A DNA stretch of 63,656 nucleotides, filler included, from Tortispora ganteri (taxonomy: Eukaryota): NCBI GenBank assembly GCA_003707115.1. It is 14 parts of 14 records of this genome, joined end to end, with 100 filler letters (N's around TTAATTAATTAA, not from the genome) between each part and the next. Parts side by side here need not be neighbours in the genome. Positions count along the whole stretch, not along the records: positions 10,287 to 15,196 come from PPNB01000071.1; positions 15,297 to 20,158 come from PPNB01000072.1; positions 20,259 to 25,035 come from PPNB01000073.1; 11 more parts are not named here. One strand, written 5' to 3'. The notes under the pieces are model-generated. The model was not told the origin of the DNA and made no database searches. It saw nothing but the letters and a program-made list of their open reading frames with translations. The translations under genes and the position numbers were made by a program. The first letter of the stretch is position 1. Each line of letters begins with the position of its first letter. Below, piece after piece: positions 10,287-22,336 of this stretch.

Positions 10287-12388
10287 GATCCTGACGCAGC
10301 AGAAGATCCTGATACAACACTAGAGCTGGGTGCAGCTGAAGATCCTGACGCAGCTGAAGATCCTGATACAGTCGAAGATCCTGATAAAACACTAGATCCG
10401 GGTGCAGCCGAAGATCCTGACGCAGCTGAAGATCCTGATACAACACTGGAGCTGGGTGCAGCTGAAGATCCTGACGCAGCCGAAGATCCTGATACAACAC
10501 TAGAGCCGGGTACAGCCGAGGATCCTGACGCAGCTGAAGATCCTGATACAACACTAGAGCTGGGTGCAGCTGAGGATGCTGACGCAGCCGAAGATCCTGA
10601 TACAACACTAGAGCTGGGTGCAGCTGAAGATCCTGACGCAGCTAAAGATCCTGATACAGTCGAAGATCCTGATAAAACACTAGATCCGGGTGCAACCGAA
10701 GATCCTGACGCAGCCGAAGATCCTGATAAAACACTAGAGCCGGGAGCAGCTGAGGATCCTGATGCAACTGAGGAGCTAGAGACAGCTGAGGATCCGGCTC
10801 CTGCACTTGAGGCAGAAGAGAGTTGACTAGTGCTAGAATTTCCATATGAGCTCCGTCCAAAACTAGATTTCAGTGCAGTGCTAGAGGCAGATGGACTTAT
10901 TGGAGAAGACAATGTAGTTGGAACAGAAGTCACGCTAGAACTTGAGGTGATACTCGATCCTGGTGCGGCAGAAGAGCTGGGGGAAGCTAAAGATTCCAAG
11001 CTAACGCTAGAATCAGAAACGGTAGATGACCCAGAGGCGATAGAGGATCCCGATGCAATGGAGCTAGGTGCAACCGATGACTCGGAGGCAACAGAACTGG
11101 GTGTAACAGAGGATCCTGAGGCAATGGAGCTAGGCGCAACTGATGACTCGGAGGCAACAGAGGATCCTGATGCAACGGAGCTAGGCACAACTGATGACTC
11201 GGAAGCGAGCGAGCTAGGTACAACTGACGACTCGGAGGTGACCGAGCTAGGCGCAACTGAAGATTCTGAGGCAACGGAGCTAGGTGCAATTGACGACTCG
11301 GAGGCAATGGAGCTAGGAGCAACTGAGGATCCCGAAAAAACACTGGATACAGATAGAATCGATAATGTAGAAGTCAATGAAGGAATAGGGTTAACCGGCT
11401 CAGGTGATGCACTTGTAGATGCAAATACAGAGAAGGTTATAATCTCGCCGCTACTAGTAGTAAACACGATAGTCACGGTTACGGACACTCCGGCTTGACG
11501 CTTGAATCGAGACGCCGATCCAAAGGCCGCAACAGGAATGACTATACGGATTGGGTACAAGTACCCACCGGCAAAGTCGACGGAAAAACTAGCTCTGAAG
11601 CCATTTGAACTAGCCAGAGGCGCAGTGGCAGAAGAGCCAGAAGAGCCAATAAGGTCTATGTTATCGCACCTCATGGCCAGTTCGCCGTCGAAGAGGTACG
11701 CGTAAGTATCTGCAAAGTTACTAGGATCCTGTACTTGTACATCTACAAATGTGATGTCGCCTGAGGGTTCAAGGTAAAACAGGTACTCGACGTAGCCCTG
11801 TTTGGATACGGATGCCGATATAGATTTTGACGAGACAGCGGCGTCGATATTATCTTGCTGGTAGTTCCTGTAGTCACCGTTCTGGATATCGCTGGGCAAC
11901 AAGTCTACTGCACCCTCGTATATAGCGGCAAATACTTCGCCTGAGATGTAGGAAGGTGCGGTAGAGCATGCGTCTGCTGGCACAGTAGTGGGCACAGTCG
12001 TAGGGACAGTCGCGGTAGCTGTAGCGGGGTGAGTAGGCGCAGGCGTAGGCGCTATAGTCTCTGTGATAATGACTGGAATCTCAATGGAGACGTGCACGTC
12101 AACCGATACGGACATAGACACGGACTCGTAGTATGACCAAACGTAGGTGCAGTCGTCTTTGACAAGAGGCGGACTAGGTATATAGGTCACCGTAGCGGGT
12201 ATGCACTGGTTGCAGTACCAGCCTGAAACCGTAGACACGTGGGGCGCACATTGGTCGTCGTAGACGGTCGCACGTGTAGCAGCAGACTCAGAAGTATACA
12301 AGCGTCCGTAGACAGTAGAAGTTTCAACAGGTGGGCTGCAAATGAGCGTGTTCGTTTCCACGATAGTACTGTATATTGTCTGCACCAT
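10287..12388 (-). CDS. Adhesin-like family member A3, 5' part (3' truncated by contig edge)
   Basis: MVQTIYSTIV... start, PA14-like domain, SRFKRQ, Ser-rich stalk shared with A1. Confidence 0.8.
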
Positions 12389-14195
12389 GGCGAGCAACTG
12401 GGGGCTAAACGCTGTGCCTCACCCTTATTATAACTGCTAGCAAAAAGCATAATAAGCTTATTGGCTTTTCCAGCAGAATTGGTCACTAATTGTCTGGTCT
12501 GGCCTTCTTGACATTCTTTAAATCATCCTGAATATCTCATAGTGGTAGAAAGAAAGTTTGCCTTATTTGGTTGTTGGGCATTTAAAGTTATTAGAGTTCA
12601 CGCTAAACGACTTTTAGCCTCAAACTCGTGCACTCATTGTTCTGCAGAAAGTAACTGGTAAGAACGAGCGCTGTGCATGTACCGTCTAGTGTATTGCAGC
12701 ATTAGCAATTTACTGGTAAGATTTTAAAGAAACAAAGCTATTGTAACTCATTATATTGTGAAAATTATTGACTAGCCATTAATGTTTAGTGACTGTTGGG
12801 AAGTATGGAAGAGTTTTTCTATAAGTTGAATAAAGTTTCAAACTGAGCTTAGATCAATGTATATGTAGAGCTTAAATACATATTCAAGGTTATATGATTG
12901 AATGAAACCCTGGAAACGCTCGCTTGAGGTTGCAGTAATTGAATAATTTTTTAAAAACCGCCTACTAAGTTTCTATTTGAGCGATTAAATTTATCGAGTT
13001 GAGTCGCTAATAGTCTAAAAAGCGCCTTGATTCACAGTAATTATCTAAGTAACACCTCATCGCAATTATCGCATGATTATTTATTAATGAGATTAATCGT
13101 TGAAGGGTCTCTTTTTCGTAATTCTATATATTTACGCATACTGCATTCTTCTCACTCTTATTTCTATAGATGTTTTATATTCTTGGTCTTTTTGGAGACC
13201 AACTCTATATAGCTCGCAATCTAATCGCGGTAATCTAGCTTCACTGATACCCGGGTGTTCTGAGATTCTAGACAATTAGCACTGCCTGTATTTCTTGGCT
13301 AATTACTAAACTTAGCTCAAAACTTCATCAAGGGGAAAAATTGTAAAAGAAATCTGTTGCAATTGTTGTTCTCGCTTGTTCTTCGTGTAACGCATTTGCA
13401 CTGCTTTGCAGTTTTCTGCTTTCGATACGCCATTGTACCCATCTTCGATTCCAAGCATATCATCCTGCATAATCCCGCGTGCTATACAGTTGCCATACTG
13501 CGAGAATATAGACAGTTAATGAAATCCTCAACTTTTTCTTAGAGCGATACGCCAATAACAAGGTGCATAGATTTCGTTGCGCGCTAGAATCAACCGAAAT
13601 GCAAAATTTAAGAACCTTATTATCTGCTTGGCCGACTGTGATCATATTCGGCATGTACCGCTCAATGACTATTTTATAATACACCCTGCATTCCGTTCAC
13701 TCGTTCAGCAACAAAGTATACAACCCTCTCGGCTCTGCTTCAATGATTTATTGGTCCGCGAGTATTGCTGCCATGCTGCAATTTTGCAGTTTGCAATACA
13801 GCTGCGATTATCGCACTAATCTTCTCTCGCTCATTTAATTAAATTTTAAGTTCAGCTAGCGTTTGTTCAGTCGGCTTTCCAGACACCGCACTTTTAGTAT
13901 CGATAGTTTTGGCAATTCACGTAGACAATGCCTGCTCATTTACATTCAGTCAAACATGAATCAATAGTAGGGGTGGCGGGGGTTTTATATATAATGTATT
14001 TCCATTTCGGGACGTCACGTGATTTATGTTTATTCTCATCTATTTTTGTTCCAATCAGGAAAGTTGCTAAACTCTGTCTTATTCATCTAATCTCCTCTAT
14101 CGCCGAGATTAGTCTACATTCCCCTTCAATTCTCTCTCTCTCTACTCCCGTCCCCACACTCGTTGAAACGATCAATTCATAACTACAAATATAAA

Positions 14196-15196
14196 CTAGA
14201 TATTAGAGTCGAAACGAATGTCAGTCCAGCCCTGTTGTTCACCGTAGAACACAAATCGCAACGGCGTCCACCCCTCCGACAATGGCAGATCAGTAAACCA
14301 AATGGGCTCTGAGTCGAATGAGTGCACGAATTTCCATCCACCACTTCCGATTGCCTCTATGTCCCCGCACCTCATCCCGCTTTCCCCAACAAACATATAC
14401 CCTAAGTAGATAATGATCCCCTCGACATATATTATCCGGTTCGGTCCCTGAACATATACCAGCACCTCCGTCACTGCTTTGAAATTATTGTAGTAGATAT
14501 TTAGAAGATTCCCAAAAATGTTCACGTCAACCTCTCTGGAATTCCCCACCCGGTACTTCCCATCGGCTACCTCCGTTTTATTGTACTCCCTAAGGTGCAC
14601 CGCCCACCTTCTTGCCAGCAGCCTCTGTGAAGGTTCGCACTTGCAAGCATTGGACACCACTCCACAGCTGCTCCTACTCGAGGCGCTAGAACTCCACTGA
14701 GCTGAGCTGGATACGCTCGAACTCACACTCAAACTGGGACTTGAACTGGAACTCAAACTAGAACTAGAACTAGACCTAGAACTAGAACTCAAACTAGAAC
14801 TCAAACTAGAACTCAAACTAGAACTCAAACTAGAACTAGAACTAGAACTAGAACTAGAACTAGAACTAGAACTTGAACTCGAATTCAAACTCAAACTCAA
14901 AGTAGAACTCAGACTAGAACTCAAAGTAGAACTCAGACTAGAACTGGAACTAGAACTCAAACTAGAACTCAAACTCGAACTAGAACTAGAACTGGCGCTG
15001 GCGCTGGCACTCGAACTGACACTCGGATTCCTATCCTCGCCTGCTGACACCCCTAGTACCAAAGATACCCCTGCAAGTCCCACCACCACCTCACCATCTC
15101 GCTTCCGCCTCTCTGGTACAACAACAACACGTACAGGCGTCCACCCAGACACCGCCCTGTTCACCGTTTCCCCGTAAACCGTTCCACCACTACCGA
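14196..15196 (-). CDS. Adhesin-like family member (subfamily B), 3' part: end of a GWTPVRV..KRD domain, poly-Ser, C-terminal PA14-like domain
   Basis: Open frame to contig edge; C-domain aligned with A1; same orientation as A3, 1.8 kb upstream of it. Confidence 0.78.
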
Positions 15197-15296
15197 NNNN
15201 NNNNNNNNNNNNNNNNNNNNNNNNNNNNNNNNNNNNNNNNTTAATTAATTAANNNNNNNNNNNNNNNNNNNNNNNNNNNNNNNNNNNNNNNNNNNN

Positions 15297-16938
15297 CGGA
15301 GGCCGATGCACTGATAACCTCAGAAGATGGCGCAGGTGACGCTGACTCGGAGGCCGATGCACTGAGGACCTCAGAAGAAGGAGCAGCTGAAGCTGACTCG
15401 GAGGTCGACGCACTGAGGACCTCAGAAGAAGGAGCAGGTGACGCTGACTCGGAGGCCGATGCACTGAGAACCTCAGAAGAAGGAGAAGGAGAAGCCGAGG
15501 CCGACGCACTGAGAACCTCAGAAGAAGGAGCAGGTGACGCTGACTCGGAGACCGACGCACTGAGAACCTCAGAAGATGGCGCAGGTGACGCTGACTCGGA
15601 GGCCGATGCACTGATAACCTCAGAAGATGGCGCAGGTGACGCTGACGCTGAAGCCGAGGCAGAGGCACTGGCAACTTCCGATGACGACACAATAACGGAG
15701 GAGATGATCGGATGAACACTAGACAAGATATCAGATGATGAGGCGATCAAAGATGATAACGAGCTGTTCGAGTATACTGCCCGTGATGAATAATATGAGG
15801 GCGCAGATGAAGGTATGTCGGGTAAAATCGAACTGCTTACAGAGCTGACTGTGGCAGTGATTTCAGTGCTATGCTGCAAATCTGAGGAATGAGTGCTGGT
15901 AGAGGAAAAAGGTTGACTTGAAAGCAGTAGAGACGAAATCGCAAGAGAGGTGGCGGTCTGAATTGGAGAGGAGGTTATGAGGTTGCCACTAGGAGACAAG
16001 TCGACAGCTGAGATTTCTATATAGCCGTTATCGTTTGATGGTACTGGAAATACGACTATCCATTTAGAATCAGACATTGATCGAGATTCTGCGAGTGCGG
16101 TGGCGACAGTAGAAGTAACAACTACTATGCGGACTGGGTACCATGTTTCCTGAAGGCCAATGAACGACTGGTCTTCGGTGTAGCCATTCTCTGCAGAAAG
16201 AGACGCTATGTCAGAAAATTGGACGTCGCTGAGACTAGGCAGCGGCATACACTCGACGAGGTGTGGGCCGATGAAGAGGTAAGCTTGAGCGACTGTACCT
16301 GCGGGTGGCGAAGAAAGCGAGAGTCTGAGAGCGGTGATTTCAGCGGCGTTCATACGAAGGTAAACGAAAAGCTCAGTGACACCATAATTAGGGCCAGCTG
16401 CAGCGTAAGAGTGTTCATCATGTTGAGTGTCAACCAACGCATAAGATCCTGTGCGGTATGTGGCATCAGCGATCTGCTGGGGAGACCAATCTGCTGAGTC
16501 TGGGTACCATGTTGCAGCGATAGAGTTTACCGGGGAAAACGTGTAGCAAGAAGACTGTGCGAGAGTTACAGATGTTGAAGGAGTTCCAGGCGTAGAAATA
16601 TCGGCTGGTGATGATGTAGGGACAATGACAGGGTAGCGGTAAGTGATATCACCAGTGACTGAGACATGGACAGATATGTCCTCGTAGACGCTATAAACAT
16701 AAGTGTTAGAATTAATAACAAATGGAGGTTTTGGTACATAGGAGACTACAGTTGAGGTGCACTCGAAACAGTAGACATTATCGGTGTAGGTAGTGTGTGG
16801 ACGGCAATAGTCATCATAAGCGGTGACAATACCTGTAGCTGAGGTAAACCCTTGGGAGTAGAGTGTAGTAGTAGCTAGTGGGGGCGGTGTGCATATGAGT
16901 GTCTCGAGCTCGGTGACGGTGCTCCAAACGGTATGCAT
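15297..16938 (-). CDS. Divergent adhesin-like family member, 5' part; 60-bp SASASESASPAPSSEVL-type repeats
   Basis: MHTVWSTVTELETLICTPP... homologous to the family N-domain; AYLFIGPHLVEC and TWYPVRIV motifs. Confidence 0.72.
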
Positions 16939-18184
16939 GGCTCGTGTAGCGAATAATAGTATATCATATTTACAGGAAATTTGCCGATAGATATATACAT
17001 AGTTAGCGGTGTCATTGTTTGACGAAGGATCATTGTTCGTGGTTTAACAAGGAAGAAGTGACTAGGCCAATTAGAGGTGTGTAAACCTAAAAAGTAAATT
17101 TTAATTGTGTATTATAGACCGTCTATTGGCTGAATGGCAATCTATAGCGAACCCGTTAGTCGCTCTAATCGGATGTCAGCACGCGTAGTGAGAATATTGC
17201 TGGACGCATCAAACCCCTATTTAGTTTATCGTAGTGTAGGCGATACTATTATGTGCAACACTACTATGTGATCTCAATCCTTCGATCGATCAGACTTGCG
17301 AAATGTTAGTAGACACGACCACAAGGATAGGGAAAAAAAAAAAGCAAAAAGAAAAAAAGCAGAACAGCTTCTACGGAATGCAGAAACAATTTTCAGCGAA
17401 TAAACACCTTGCACGCTGCATTAACGTTCAATTTTCTAAATTTGGCTCTTTTTCTTTTGAGAATTTATTCTGCTAAAACTGCGCCATAAATAATGCAAAA
17501 TGTCCATTGTTCCCATCCCAAATACTAATGAGAACAATGACACCCAGTTGAAGTCAAAGAAATCACTCTTGAACTTTAATATACGCTAGCCAATAATACA
17601 AATATATCTTTAACAGAGTTTAGATTGCGTCTAAATGTAATCGGAGATCGCGGCCATTCATTTTAGGAAAGATTTCTTCGAATCCAAAGAAGAAGTTAAG
17701 CCGGTGAACGGACTTGTCCGATTACATACAGATTTTATCTTAGAAACTGCAACTGCGATGTTAGTTATTGCTTAACGCTGCAAGACGTTGATCTACAAAC
17801 AGAGCCTTGTCCAAGTATCAGACTTTTTACCTAATCAATATGTTTAAAAGATATCTGTTTAGAAAATCTCTAGAAGATAGCGTGATAAATGACTTTTAAG
17901 ATTCGAATATCGGACTTCGAATGCCAAGATCCGCTGGAATATCTCGATTATGCATATTCTTGTACCACAAACTGTCCATTTCCTTGTAATCTTGTCATTA
18001 AGCGATCTTAATTAATTAAAAGAAAAACTCAAGTTTGAAATTTGTACGATCGCAAATTTCTCTACCGCTAATATTACTGCAATTACCGTTCTCTTTACAT
18101 TTTTAGCATTCTAACCACACTAAAAAAAAGCCTTCTATGTTGTTAGCCTAGCAACGACTCTTTCTACCCTCTTAACTTGCACAA

Positions 18185-19699
18185 ATGTTCTGCGCGATCT
18201 CAGGAAACCCGCCTAAATCTCCGGTATTTTCGCCGGCAAGCGGATCGATTTTCGACCGTTCACTCATAGAAAACTATATACAACTAAATGGTGTTGATCC
18301 CGTATCTCAAAAACCTCTCAGCGTGGATGAACTCCTGCCGGTCAACACACCAACAGTCATTGCTGCAAAACCTCCAGACACCTTCTCAATACCTAGCCTT
18401 CTCGATTGCCTCGCTAAAGAGTACGATGCGAACGCTTTAGAAACATTCTCCTTACGTAAACAGCTACATGAGACTCGGCAAGAACTCTCAATTGCGCTCT
18501 ATAAGTTCGACGCAGCCGTCCGCGTAGCCGCTAGACTGCAGCAGGAACGAGACGAGGCAAAACAAGCGCTCGAACAACTTGTTATGCGTATTGGCAGCTC
18601 TAGTGCCTCCAATCAGGAGACTGACACCACTAAATCTCTTGAAATAGGTCTGGAATTGCCCTCTTTGCTTCAACAACAACTATCCCTTACAGCGCGTTCT
18701 CTCGCATCCTATCGCAAGAAACACCCTTTGCCTAACTCAGATTGTTTTGTGCCTATTGATACATTCCAGCCTGAAAAAAAGTTTACATTATTTTGTGTCG
18801 CCGCTAAACAAAATAACGCTTCTGAGTCCTCGTATGGTGCTTTAGCTTACGTCTCTGACAACGCTCTACACTTTAATGACGTCTCCGTGCCCCTCTCAGA
18901 TCCCCCGCAGCTGATTATTGGCAACCCACAAATACCCTTCCCTGTAATATTCACAAAATCTGGTCACATTCAGGTTCTTCGTGACGGTTCGCTCTCCACA
19001 GTGCTCACCTTAACCGAACAGTTCACCAATATAGTCACCGGGTTTCTAATCCCAATAGCAGACGTCGCTCATAAGGGGCCAATACCTTACTATTCAGTTC
19101 TACCAAGTTCACTTCTAGTAATAGTTGCCGATAATCAATATTTCATTTACAACCTCTCTGATTTGGATTCGGTGTCATTGGTCGCTAGAAGCCCCTCGCT
19201 CAATCTGATAGATTCCTCTGCACCAGTCGCCGTTCATCCTGACGGCCAGCTGCTCGCAGCATTGACGCCAAACGGTATCAATATTTACGATTTAACAAAC
19301 GGGTCTGTTGCTGCTACTTTCGATGATCAAAATTTAACAAACCTCGCATTTTCTAGCTCCGGTACACTGCTATTGGCGCTCTCGGACGATTCCCTTATCT
19401 TCTACGATCTGCGCAAAATCTCCCGATCACACGATATCAAACTGCCATTTGCACCAACAACTGTCGTGTCGCATTTCCAAAATACTATTTGTATCGCAGA
19501 TACACAGAAAGGCGACATCGCTTTCGTCAACGTTATCGGCAAGTCGGGCCAAGACTCTCAAGTCTCCGAAACCTTCAATCTGACCAGTGCCACCACACCA
19601 CCGCCAATTCGCATTTGTCCTTACCAGAATGGTGTACTCGTATTCCCCTCATGCGGATACACAGGTATTAATGTCGATCCGATTGACGAAACTTCATGA
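18185..19699 (+). CDS. PRP19: Pre-mRNA splicing factor / U-box E3 ligase Prp19
   Basis: N-terminal U-box MFCAISG...DPVSQKPLSVDELL, Prp19 coiled coil SIPSLL...ETFSLRKQLHETRQELSIALY..DAAVRVAARL, divergent WD40 region (AVHPDGQLLA). Confidence 0.93.
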   Translation: MFCAISGNPPKSPVFSPASGSIFDRSLIENYIQLNGVDPVSQKPLSVDELLPVNTPTVIAAKPPDTFSIPSLLDCLAKEYDANALETFSLRKQLHETRQELSIALYKFDAAVRVAARLQQERDEAKQALEQLVMRIGSSSASNQETDTTKSLEIGLELPSLLQQQLSLTARSLASYRKKHPLPNSDCFVPIDTFQPEKKFTLFCVAAKQNNASESSYGALAYVSDNALHFNDVSVPLSDPPQLIIGNPQIPFPVIFTKSGHIQVLRDGSLSTVLTLTEQFTNIVTGFLIPIADVAHKGPIPYYSVLPSSLLVIVADNQYFIYNLSDLDSVSLVARSPSLNLIDSSAPVAVHPDGQLLAALTPNGINIYDLTNGSVAATFDDQNLTNLAFSSSGTLLLALSDDSLIFYDLRKISRSHDIKLPFAPTTVVSHFQNTICIADTQKGDIAFVNVIGKSGQDSQVSETFNLTSATTPPPIRICPYQNGVLVFPSCGYTGINVDPIDETS

Positions 19700-19923
19700 C
19701 CGGTCTCCTGCCAGCATATTTGAAGTATGAACTTTATGTGTTACCCTGCTTAATTTTCAATCTCCACACCTAAAACACACCCAACCTGTATGTACCGTCT
19801 TTAACGTTAGTCAACTAACTATTCCCCCTTCCACCGTACACAACCGCCCCCCTCTAATAACCACCGCTTCTCGCGCCTTCTCTTTCTAACTTTTATTATT
19901 GTTTTTATTGTGAAACTGGGGTC

Positions 19924-20158
19924 ATGGAAAGACCTAGAAAAATTAGAAGGGTCTCTTCTGAAGGACTCGCCTCCAGCTCGTCAAATCACAGATCTTCTTC
20001 TTTCACAACACCACGAACAGGATCTTCTACTGCTCCTTCAAATTCTTTTTCGCATTCTCCAAATGACTCTATAGACATTTCAGAAACTTCTACTGGTAGT
20101 GACGTCCAGCTCACACGGGTTCTTCCAGCGTCTCGGCCTAGAGTTCAGTGGAGATCGC
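19924..20158 (+). CDS. 5' fragment of an unidentified protein (Ser-rich, basic NLS-like start RPRKIRR), truncated by contig edge
   Basis: ATG-initiated open frame running into the linker. Confidence 0.45.
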
Positions 20159-20258
20159 NNNNNNNNNNNNNNNNNNNNNNNNNNNNNNNNNNNNNNNNNN
20201 NNTTAATTAATTAANNNNNNNNNNNNNNNNNNNNNNNNNNNNNNNNNNNNNNNNNNNN

Positions 20259-20916
20259 GGTAAAACAGGTACTCGACGTAGCCTTGTTCGGAAACTGATG
20301 CCGATATAGAGTTTGACGAGACAGTGGCGGCCACGTCGTCTCGCTGGTAGTTCCTGTAGTCACCGTTCTGGATATCGCTGGACGACAAGTCTACTGCGCC
20401 CTCGTATATAGCGGCAAATGCTTGGCCTGCGTTGTAGGCAGGTGCGGTTGAGCATGCGTCTGCAGGGACAGTCGTAGGGACAGTCGTAGGGACAGTCGTA
20501 GGGACAGTCGTAGGGACAGTCGTAGGGACAGTCGTAGGAACAGTCGCGGTAGCTGTAGCCGGGTGAGTAGGCGGAGGCGCTATAGTCTCCGTGATAATGA
20601 CTGGAATCTCAATGGAGACGTGCACGTCAACCGATACAGACATAGACACGGATTCGTAGTATGACCAAACGTAGGTACAGTCGTCTTTGACGAGAGGCGG
20701 ACTAGGTACATAGGTCACCGTAGCGGGTGTGCACTGGTTGCAGTACCAGCCTGAAACTGTAGACACATAAGGCGCGCATTGGTCGTCGTAAACGGTCGCA
20801 TGTGTAGCAGCAGACTCAGAAGTGTATAAGCGTCCGTAGACAGTAGAAGTTTCAACAGGTGGGCTGCAAATGAGCGTGTTCGTTTCCACGATAGTACTGT
20901 ATATTGTCTGCACCAT
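20259..20916 (-). CDS. Adhesin-like family member, 5' fragment (version 1), divergent from the JEN gene
   Basis: MVQTIYSTIV...; 12-bp TVPT repeat expanded at ~20465-20540. Confidence 0.78.
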
Positions 20917-22336
20917 GGCGAGCAACTGGGGGCTAAACGCTGTGCCTCACCCTTATTATAACTGCTAGCAAAAAGCATAATAAGCTTATTGGCTTTTCCA
21001 GCAGAATTGGTCACTAAATGTTTGGTCTGGTCTTCTTGACATTCTTCTAATTATCCTGAATATCTCATAGTGGTAAAAAGAAAGTTGGCCTTATTTGGTT
21101 GCTGGGCATTTATAGTTATTAGAGTTCACGCTAAACGACTTTTTAGCCTCAAACTTGTGCGCTCATTGTACTGCAGAAAGTAACTGGCAAGAACTAAAGC
21201 TGTGCATGTACTGTTTAGTGTATTACAGTGTTAACAGTTTTCTGGTAAAATTTCAAAAAAATAAATATATTGTAGCTCGTTATATTGTGAAAATTATTGA
21301 CTAATCATTGATATGTACTTGCCGCTGGGAAGTACTAGTTTCTTTATAAGTTAGATAAAGTTTCAAATTGAGCTTAGATCAATATATAAGTATAATCTTA
21401 TGCATGTTCAAGATTATATGATTGAATGAAACCCTGAAAACGTTCGCTTGAGGTTGCAGTAATAAAATAATTTTCAAATACCGCCTACTAAGTTTCTATT
21501 TGAGCGATTAAATTTATCGAGTTGAGTCGTTAATAGTCTAAAAAGCGCTCTGATCTACTATTCGTATCTAAATAGCACCTCATCGCAATTATCGCATGAT
21601 TATTTATTAATGAGATTAGTCGTTGAAGGGTCTCTTTTTCGTAATTCTATATATTTACGCATACTGCCTTCTTCTCACTCTTATTTCTATAGATGTTTTA
21701 TATTCTTGGTCTTTTTGGAGACCAACTCTATAGCTCGCAATCTAATCGCGGTAAACTAGCTTCACTGATACCCGGGTGTTCTGAGATTCTAGACAATTAG
21801 CACTGCCTGTATTTCTTGGCTAAATACTAAACTTAGCTCAAAAAGCTATCAAGAAAAAGAGTATGAAGAAAGAAGTGTTACATATGCATGTTTTTGCTTG
21901 TTCTTCATGTAAATGCAATCGCGCCGATTTGAAATATTCTGCTTTTGACACACTATTGCACCATTTATCAATCTTTAACATATTATCCTGCATAGACCTG
22001 TCTGTTATACAGTTAATCACCTTATGACAAGATTATGAAGAGTTAATGAAACTATCAGCATATTTTTTTTAGTGCGATATGCCATTATCAAAGTTCATCA
22101 AACCTCGTTTGCTCGCTAGAACCTTGCCGCAAACCAAATTTAAAAAAAAACCTTATCTCACAGATTGCCAACCGGAAATCGTTTGTGGTCCCTGTTAATC
22201 ACTGCTGATTTCTTATCACATCAGCTTCCTGTGATTATGAGTTATGCTTTCACTATGATCTTTGTCTATAGGGACTTATATATAAGTGTGCATAATGCTA
22301 GGGCGCTATGTTCGCTCATATCAAATATATTGGAAC

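Noticed and set aside
12187..12486. Recurrent 99-aa ORF MTNSAGKANK... overlapping gene starts
   Set aside because: Alternate frame of duplicated DNA with a GTG start; recurrence reflects DNA identity, although its internal ATG could act as a uORF
22286..22336. GTG-initiated N-terminal extensions of JEN (and IRC3 39039..39149)
   Set aside because: Eukaryotic genes; the downstream ATGs (22337, 27138, 39150) give sensible N-termini
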